This document shows, piece after piece, positions 58,530-64,000 of a stretch of 64,000 bases of DNA (position 1 is its first letter; every line of letters starts with the position of its first letter). A program made the position numbers and the translations under genes. Where the stretch lies: assembly GCA_963846575.1 (NCBI GenBank), contig CAWJWJ010000002.1, forward strand, positions 2,144,001 to 2,208,000, given 5' to 3'. Below the pieces are notes generated by a model. That model was not told the origin of the DNA. It worked only from the letters and a program-made list of their open reading frames with translations, and made no database searches. The stretch comes from an uncultured Nitrospiraceae bacterium (lineage in GTDB: Bacteria > Nitrospirota > Nitrospiria > Nitrospirales > Nitrospiraceae).

Positions 58530-59336
58530 CTATCCATCAGGAGCAGGCTCAAGACCACCACGCTTTCTTGCCCGTACACCGATAACCAACTCATAATCGC
58601 GATCCCAGTAATCAAGTTCATCTCGACGCAATTCGGTTGCAACGACCCCGTGCAAACTCGCTGTCGCTGCTAAGACATTTCCATAACTCTTCACCGTTAC
58701 ATCTTCCGGACGAAACACCTCTTCCATCAGCAGTCTCATCGACAAGGAGGTGAACCGCCAGTACTCGCCCCAAGTATCCATATCGTATCTCGACAACTGA
58801 CTAATTCCCGGAACCACGATGAGCACGACGCCATTTGGCTTTGTAATGCGCTCCAATGTCTTGAGGGCCGCTCGCACATCAAAAATAAACTGAAGGGTGA
58901 AGGTGAGAATCACACAATCAAAGAGAGATGACGGAATGTGGTCAGACTTGGTCAGATCAGCTTGGATAGTGGAACCGGAGCTACCTGGGAAACCAAGCAC
59001 GTCTGAATCGGTCACCCTCTTTTCACCAAACTTAAGAGTGTAGCGGTTGTCTCCAATCTCTAGCACGCGCCCACAAATGTCATTTTTATACCCCGCTAGG
59101 AATTGCTCTTCGGTATAGTAACGATCAATGGGCTGGCCCTCACGCCAGCCGAAATCCCGCCTAAGAGGATGCACCCTTCGCAAAGAGTTACCCCATCTCC
59201 AGTCAAGCCCCAACCCGCCCTGATCGTCCAGGAAAGTCCTTCGAGTCTGCTGATAAAGGTCCTCCCCTAGCAGCCTTCTCGCGAACGTTTTAAACGGCCG
59301 CGCGAACGTCGAGAACAACTCACTTCGAATCGTCAT
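58530..59336 (-). CDS. SAM-dependent methyltransferase (glycan-associated)
   Basis: GQPIDRYY, GRVLEIGD, FDCVILTFTLQ, YWRFT, YGNVL. Confidence 0.82.
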   Translation of the reverse strand: MTIRSELFSTFARPFKTFARRLLGEDLYQQTRRTFLDDQGGLGLDWRWGNSLRRVHPLRRDFGWREGQPIDRYYTEEQFLAGYKNDICGRVLEIGDNRYTLKFGEKRVTDSDVLGFPGSSGSTIQADLTKSDHIPSSLFDCVILTFTLQFIFDVRAALKTLERITKPNGVVLIVVPGISQLSRYDMDTWGEYWRFTSLSMRLLMEEVFRPEDVTVKSYGNVLAATASLHGVVATELRRDELDYWDRDYELVIGVRARKRGGLEPAPDG

Positions 59337-59398
59337 CGCTCACTCTTTCAGAACATGCAAGAGTCGAGATTGATAGAAAATGAGCCCACTGAACAATG

Positions 59399-60673
59399 CT
59401 AAAGAGGGCTATGATCGGTACTCCATTTGAGCAGAGGTCTCACGACTCCTTCCCAACGGCCGGATACATCGCCTCGTGCCGTGTCTCCCGTCCCCGGGTC
59501 TATTACTCGAAAACCCACTGCCCGAGGAATATCACAGTGCGTAAGCCAAGGATCTTCTGAAATAAGGCCGCCTCCAACCACCATCGTACCCTCTGATAAA
59601 TAATTTCCAGGAATCCAGGCCGTACTGATATACCGGCCAACCGGTCTGGCACGCCTGTACCATGCCGGATCCCGGTCGTTGACGATGAAGGCGATAACGT
59701 CTTCCTCGGTATTGAAACCAAACTGCGCGACAATCATATGGCCCGCCTTGAGGATGTCATACTCGATCTCAATTCGCACCGGATTTCGAATATCCACGAC
59801 ATCCGTGACTTGACCGGATGCTGACCTCACCCGGATCGCCCGCAGGCGCACGACCTCATTTCCCGGTGCTTGGGTGAGATCAGGCCATTCGACAGAGGGC
59901 TGGATATGACCCGCCTGGAGATAGTGCCGAACAACGTCGTGCGCCGCCCCCGCCTGCACGATCTCCCCCTTGTTGAGCAGAATCGCCCGTTTGCACATCC
60001 GGGTGATGGCCGGCATGTCGTGAGACACAAGGATCACCGTCCGCCCATGCTGCCCCACATCCTCCATCTTTCCCATACACTTTTTTTGAAAGCGCACGTC
60101 CCCCACCGCCAACACCTCATCGACGATGAGAATGTCCGGATCCATATGCGCAAGGACCGAAAACCCCAGTCGGACATACATCCCGCTGGAATAGTGCTTC
60201 ACCGGCGTATCGATAAACTGTTCCACTTCGGCAAAGGCCACGATCTCGTCGAATTTCCTGGTAATTTCCTGCCGTTTCATCCCCAAAATGGCGCCGCTCA
60301 TGTACACGTTATCGCGGCCGGTCAATTCCGGATGGAACCCCGTCCCCACTTCCAGGAGGCCGCAAAAGCGCCCATGGATGACCGCCCGCCCCTTCGTGGG
60401 TTCCGTCACCCGGGAGAGGATTTTAAGGAGCGTACTTTTCCCCGAGCCATTGGTGCCGATAACTCCGAACACTTCACCCCGCTTGATCTCGAAGGAGACG
60501 TCGCGCAAGGCCCAGATGGCCTCTGTAGCCCCCGTGGCGCCGCCGGCCCGCCGTCCTGTCAACCGGCGGAGTCCACGCGAGAGCACGCTGGCCAAGGACC
60601 CGTCCTGAGCATGCATGGCTCCCAGACGATAGAGTTTATGCAAGCTGTCAACGTGGATCGCAATGTCACCCAT
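59399..60673 (-). CDS. wzt: Polysaccharide ABC exporter ATPase with C-terminal carbohydrate-binding domain
   Basis: GTNGSGKST, GTGFHPELTGRDN, YSSGM, VDEVLAVGD, plus a C-terminal Wzt_C-type extension. Confidence 0.93.
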   Translation of the reverse strand: MGDIAIHVDSLHKLYRLGAMHAQDGSLASVLSRGLRRLTGRRAGGATGATEAIWALRDVSFEIKRGEVFGVIGTNGSGKSTLLKILSRVTEPTKGRAVIHGRFCGLLEVGTGFHPELTGRDNVYMSGAILGMKRQEITRKFDEIVAFAEVEQFIDTPVKHYSSGMYVRLGFSVLAHMDPDILIVDEVLAVGDVRFQKKCMGKMEDVGQHGRTVILVSHDMPAITRMCKRAILLNKGEIVQAGAAHDVVRHYLQAGHIQPSVEWPDLTQAPGNEVVRLRAIRVRSASGQVTDVVDIRNPVRIEIEYDILKAGHMIVAQFGFNTEEDVIAFIVNDRDPAWYRRARPVGRYISTAWIPGNYLSEGTMVVGGGLISEDPWLTHCDIPRAVGFRVIDPGTGDTARGDVSGRWEGVVRPLLKWSTDHSPL

Positions 60674-61516
60674 TCAGATTAGATCGGCGAAGGTTCGCTC
60701 CACCCTCCTGAAAAATATCACGCCTCCGACCAGTAAGATGACGACTACGCCGAGACTCACGACCACCATGCGCCAATCAGGTGCGGCCTTTCCCAACACG
60801 GCCCACCGAAACCCTTCGATCACCCCAGCCATGGGGTTCAATCCATAATAAAACCGCATGGACTCAGGCACTAGCGAGGCTGGATATAATACGGGGGACG
60901 CAAACATCCACAATTGCGTCATCAAAGGCACAATGGATGCTACATCTCGGTATTTCACATTAAGAGCGGAAAGCCACAGGCTAACGGATAAAGCAGTGGC
61001 AACCGCAACTGCCACAAATAGCGGAAGGAAAAGCAGGGTCAAAGGTGGCACAATCTGATACCACAACATCATCCCGACCAAAATAAACAGACCGACAGCA
61101 AAATCGACTAAGTTGATGAAGGTCGCGGCGACAGGAATGATCAACCTAGGGAAATAGACCTTCTTGATGAGCCCGCCTTCGGTCACCACACTCAGAGTGC
61201 TGCGTTCAAGACTGCGAGCGAATAAGGACCAGGGTAGAATGGCAGCAAAGGCAAACAGGGGATAAGGCAAGCCATCAGAGGGCACCTTCGCCAAATAGCC
61301 AAACACCAGGGTAAAGATTAATGTGGTCAGCAGGGGCTGCATCAAAGCCCAACCAGCCCCAATCGCCGTTTGTGCATACCGAGTTTTAAGATCTCGCCAT
61401 GCCAAAAAGTAGAACAATTCACGCGCGGCCCAAAGTTCCCGCCACCCCACACGGACATATCCTGTGCGCGGTTCAATTACAATGGAAGAAGAGTCGTGGT
61501 TCGCTATGACATCCAT
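60674..61516 (-). CDS. wzm: Polysaccharide ABC exporter permease
   Basis: RDLKTRY, WALMQP, KKVYFPR, SPVLYP, LNPMAGVIEGFR. Confidence 0.93.
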   Translation of the reverse strand: MDVIANHDSSSIVIEPRTGYVRVGWRELWAARELFYFLAWRDLKTRYAQTAIGAGWALMQPLLTTLIFTLVFGYLAKVPSDGLPYPLFAFAAILPWSLFARSLERSTLSVVTEGGLIKKVYFPRLIIPVAATFINLVDFAVGLFILVGMMLWYQIVPPLTLLFLPLFVAVAVATALSVSLWLSALNVKYRDVASIVPLMTQLWMFASPVLYPASLVPESMRFYYGLNPMAGVIEGFRWAVLGKAAPDWRMVVVSLGVVVILLVGGVIFFRRVERTFADLI

Positions 61517-61742
61517 TCACACACCAAATCATCACTCGATAAAAAGCAGGAGGCTGTCGCAAGTATTGCTTACCACCTGACGTGACTCCCACGTAAGTAG
61601 CCAGAGACGGTCCTCATATCCCAAGAGTATCACAGCAGAAAGGATAAGGTTATTGCCTTAAATGGAAGCACTGTTGATTTTCCTGTAAAGGAATAATGGG
61701 TATGGTGGAAGGTAGCTACTTTCTATTCTGACGTAAGGACCA

Positions 61743-61777
61743 GCAACACACGTTCCGGCTGTGCAAAGCCTGGACCG
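61743..61777 (-). promoter_or_regulatory. Two tandem sigma-54-like boxes upstream of wzm
   Basis: Minus strand CGGAAC-GTGTG-TTGC (61757-61743) and CGGTCC-AGGCT-TTGC (61777-61763). Correct GG-N10-GC spacing but imperfect consensus. Confidence 0.3.
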
Positions 61778-61829
61778 TCGTCAACGGAGCCGCAATCATT
61801 GAGTGCACATGCATGAGTATGGAAAAAAT

Positions 61830-62762
61830 TCAAATAGTCGAAGATGCGCTTTTAGCTGAAGCTACCTTTTCCCTAGGAACTTGAGAGCAGACGCTTTCGT
61901 CGTACATCTGGCTAATCGGGGGGAATACGTCTCGAATTGGCCCGAAGGAAAAATCCTGCATGAGACTGCCCAGCCTGCTTTCCGTTTTATCAAGGTTAAG
62001 ATAATGTCGCATTCGCGATACGAACGACCCCTCCATTCTGGGCTGCTCGGGATCGAATTCCCATGGGTGCATATACATCACCAGGGGAGAACCTTCTCCT
62101 TCAAGCTTGCGAAGGAGACGCTTTAAAACCATGTAGGGATACAGACGGAAATAACCGCCCCCAGCAACAGGTATTCGCAGCCCAAAATACTTAACCGTAG
62201 ATGGTGGCACCTCCCATAACATGCCAGACGCCGTCAGGAGCTGGTGAATTTCCGGCTTTGCTGACGGCACGCCATAGCGGTCATGAAAAATCGGAAAGAT
62301 GCTGGAGTCGTATTTATATCCTTCCTCCACAAGTATCTGAGTGGCCCACATCGTTTCCTGTGTAATCGAAAAGCTTGGTGCCCTGTACCCGAGAACCGGC
62401 TGCGACAGAATGTCCTCGAGTAAACCTTTGGCCTTCCTAACATCTTCACGGAAAGCAGCTGGGGGTAGAGCGGTTATGAGTTCGTGAGCGTATCCGTGCG
62501 AGGCTATTTCATGCCCACATGAGTCAATTCGGCGCACTAACGAAGGATATCGCTCTGCCACCCATCCAAGGACAAAAAAAGTGGCACAAACTCTACTCTC
62601 TGACAGCATCCCAAGCAGCTTTTCTGTATTAGCCTCTACTCGACTATCAAACTGGTCCCAGTGCCTCCTACGCATCGGGGACTCGAAAGCCGAGACTTGG
62701 AAATGTTCTTCCACATCAAACGACAAACAATGTTTCGGATTTTTACCAGCCATGAGACTCAC
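61830..62762 (-). CDS. XrtA/PEP-CTERM-system-type polysaccharide deacetylase (DUF3473 C-terminus)
   Basis: SFDVEEHFQV, ATFFVLGWVAE, HEIASHG, GYRAPSFSI, AGGGYFRL, YMHPWEFDP. Confidence 0.92.
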   Translation of the reverse strand: MSLMAGKNPKHCLSFDVEEHFQVSAFESPMRRRHWDQFDSRVEANTEKLLGMLSESRVCATFFVLGWVAERYPSLVRRIDSCGHEIASHGYAHELITALPPAAFREDVRKAKGLLEDILSQPVLGYRAPSFSITQETMWATQILVEEGYKYDSSIFPIFHDRYGVPSAKPEIHQLLTASGMLWEVPPSTVKYFGLRIPVAGGGYFRLYPYMVLKRLLRKLEGEGSPLVMYMHPWEFDPEQPRMEGSFVSRMRHYLNLDKTESRLGSLMQDFSFGPIRDVFPPISQMYDESVCSQVPREKVASAKSASSTI

Positions 62763-63830
62763 TCAGCGGGCCCCTTCCCCCATTAACATGACCTTCACTG
62801 TATGAACCACAATTCGGAGATCGAGGGCCAAGGAGAGGTTTTTTACGTAGAAGAGGTCGTATTGGAGCTTTACGTGAGAATCCTCCTTGGATGCCCCGTA
62901 CCGGAACCGAGTTTGGGCCCAGCCGGTGATTCCAGGTCGGACAGTATGCCTTAGGTCATAGTATGGTATGGTATTTCTCAACTCCTGTACAAAGACAGGT
63001 CGTTCTGGCCGAGGACCGACCAAGCTCATTTCCCCCCTCATAACATTAATCAACTGCGGAAGTTCGTCCAATCTCCACTTTCGAATCCAGCGACCCACTC
63101 TGCTGACACGCGGATCCTCATTTGAAGCCCACCTTGCGCCGCTTTGCTCGGCATCCTGACGCATAGACCGAAACTTCCAAATCATATAGGGGCGGCCTCG
63201 CAATCCGACACGCATTTGCCTGTAGAAGACCGGACCCGAAGAATCTATCTTGATTACAATCGCCAAAAAGAGCACTACTGGCAAGAGTGCTAGTGTCCCC
63301 CCTACCGCAATCACAATATCGAGGAATCTTTTTAATAGCATCGTAACTACTCGCCGGCGAAACCCCGTCGAAAAAATAAGTGCACTGGGCTTGAGATGAT
63401 CAATTGAAAGACGTCCACTTTCTTCTTCATATAAGTAGTGTCCGTCGACTACGTCTCGGCCCATTGCTTTCATATCCAGTAGGGTTTGAACTGGCAATAC
63501 CGCCCGACGATCCTCAAGACAGACGGCCACGGTATGAACCTGGTATCGCTCCGCAATCTCGAACAATTGATCGTAAGTGCCTATAATACTAGGATTTACC
63601 AGGCGTTCTCCAACTCGACTCCCATCTTTATCAAGAAATCCAACGACTTCTGTAAACCCGGTCCGTTTCGACAAAAGAGTCTGGCAAAGGTCTCTGGCGA
63701 GGGGCCCGACGCCAAGAATCAATACCCGCCGTGTAAGCTTAGGAAAACTTACCGAGACCGAAACTAATGGCTGTTGGTCAGGAACGCTCTCTAGACCTAT
63801 TTCCTGTCCCGGTTTACTTGAGCTGTTCAT
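62763..63830 (-). CDS. Priming undecaprenyl-phosphate sugar-1-phosphate transferase (XrtA-associated/WcaJ-like)
   Basis: KRFLD, one TM segment, KFRSM, DPRV, LDELPQL, GEMSLVGPRPERP, PGITGWAQ, YDLFY. Confidence 0.93.
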   Translation of the reverse strand: MNSSSKPGQEIGLESVPDQQPLVSVSVSFPKLTRRVLILGVGPLARDLCQTLLSKRTGFTEVVGFLDKDGSRVGERLVNPSIIGTYDQLFEIAERYQVHTVAVCLEDRRAVLPVQTLLDMKAMGRDVVDGHYLYEEESGRLSIDHLKPSALIFSTGFRRRVVTMLLKRFLDIVIAVGGTLALLPVVLFLAIVIKIDSSGPVFYRQMRVGLRGRPYMIWKFRSMRQDAEQSGARWASNEDPRVSRVGRWIRKWRLDELPQLINVMRGEMSLVGPRPERPVFVQELRNTIPYYDLRHTVRPGITGWAQTRFRYGASKEDSHVKLQYDLFYVKNLSLALDLRIVVHTVKVMLMGEGAR

Positions 63831-64000
63831 GGTGAGCTTCGCGGTAATATTCCTGCTGCATATAATATGGCGTGGTATGAGCGTCTAAACCATTCAGAAT
63901 GATCCCCACATTGGCGCAATCACCGATAGCTTTCAGAGCCTTTTGGACAACATCCCGACCAGTCATACTCGCCTTCACAACATAGGCAAGCAGATCTGCC
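63814..64000 (-). CDS. C-terminus of a BY-kinase (Wzc/CpsD/CapB family), partial
   Basis: Manual translation: ADLLAYVVKASMTGRDVVQKALKAIGDCANVGIILNGLDAHTTPYYMQQEYYREAHHEQLK*, with GIILN and a C-terminal Tyr cluster. TAA at 63814-63816. Confidence 0.8.
   Translation of the reverse strand, partial: ADLLAYVVKASMTGRDVVQKALKAIGDCANVGIILNGLDAHTTPYYMQQEYYREAHHEQLK

Noticed and set aside
1..64000. CRISPR arrays, tRNA/rRNA genes, IS elements, integrases
   Set aside because: No periodic repeats, RNA-gene signatures or transposase/integrase motifs seen by eye; small structured RNAs cannot be excluded without a covariance-model search.

Overview
Almost the whole window is one minus-strand surface-glycan and secretion locus. 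Gene content and style are reminiscent of Nitrospira (inference, not verified). From about 16.7 to 64 kb is a very large exopolysaccharide/glycan cluster of the XrtA/PEP-CTERM-associated type: BY-kinase C-terminus, priming sugar transferase, DUF3473-type deacetylase, FemAB-like protein, Wzm/Wzt ABC exporter, O-antigen ligase/polymerase-family protein, about 11 soluble glycosyltransferases, and many tailoring enzymes (five methyltransferases, a carbamoyltransferase with SxtJ/SxtK-like partners, two SGNH proteins, AsnB amidotransferase, ATP-grasp ligase, 2OG-Fe(II) oxygenase). It also contains an unusual CDP-sugar cassette with no RfbG. At 10.9-16.6 kb, two highly similar secreted Trp/Cys-rich paralogues (the only credible plus-strand genes) flank two GT-C-like membrane proteins. 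One has a perfect sigma-54 promoter, and both end in a conserved Pro-rich 18-aa tail. From 1 to 8.75 kb is a type II secretion/Pul-type operon: lipidated TPR-secretin with a cohesin-like C-terminus, two pseudopilins, a frameshifted LysM lipoprotein, GspF, GspE, and PilM- and PilN-like proteins. No rRNA, tRNA, CRISPR array or mobile element was seen. All family calls come from motif recognition by eye; no database searches were run.
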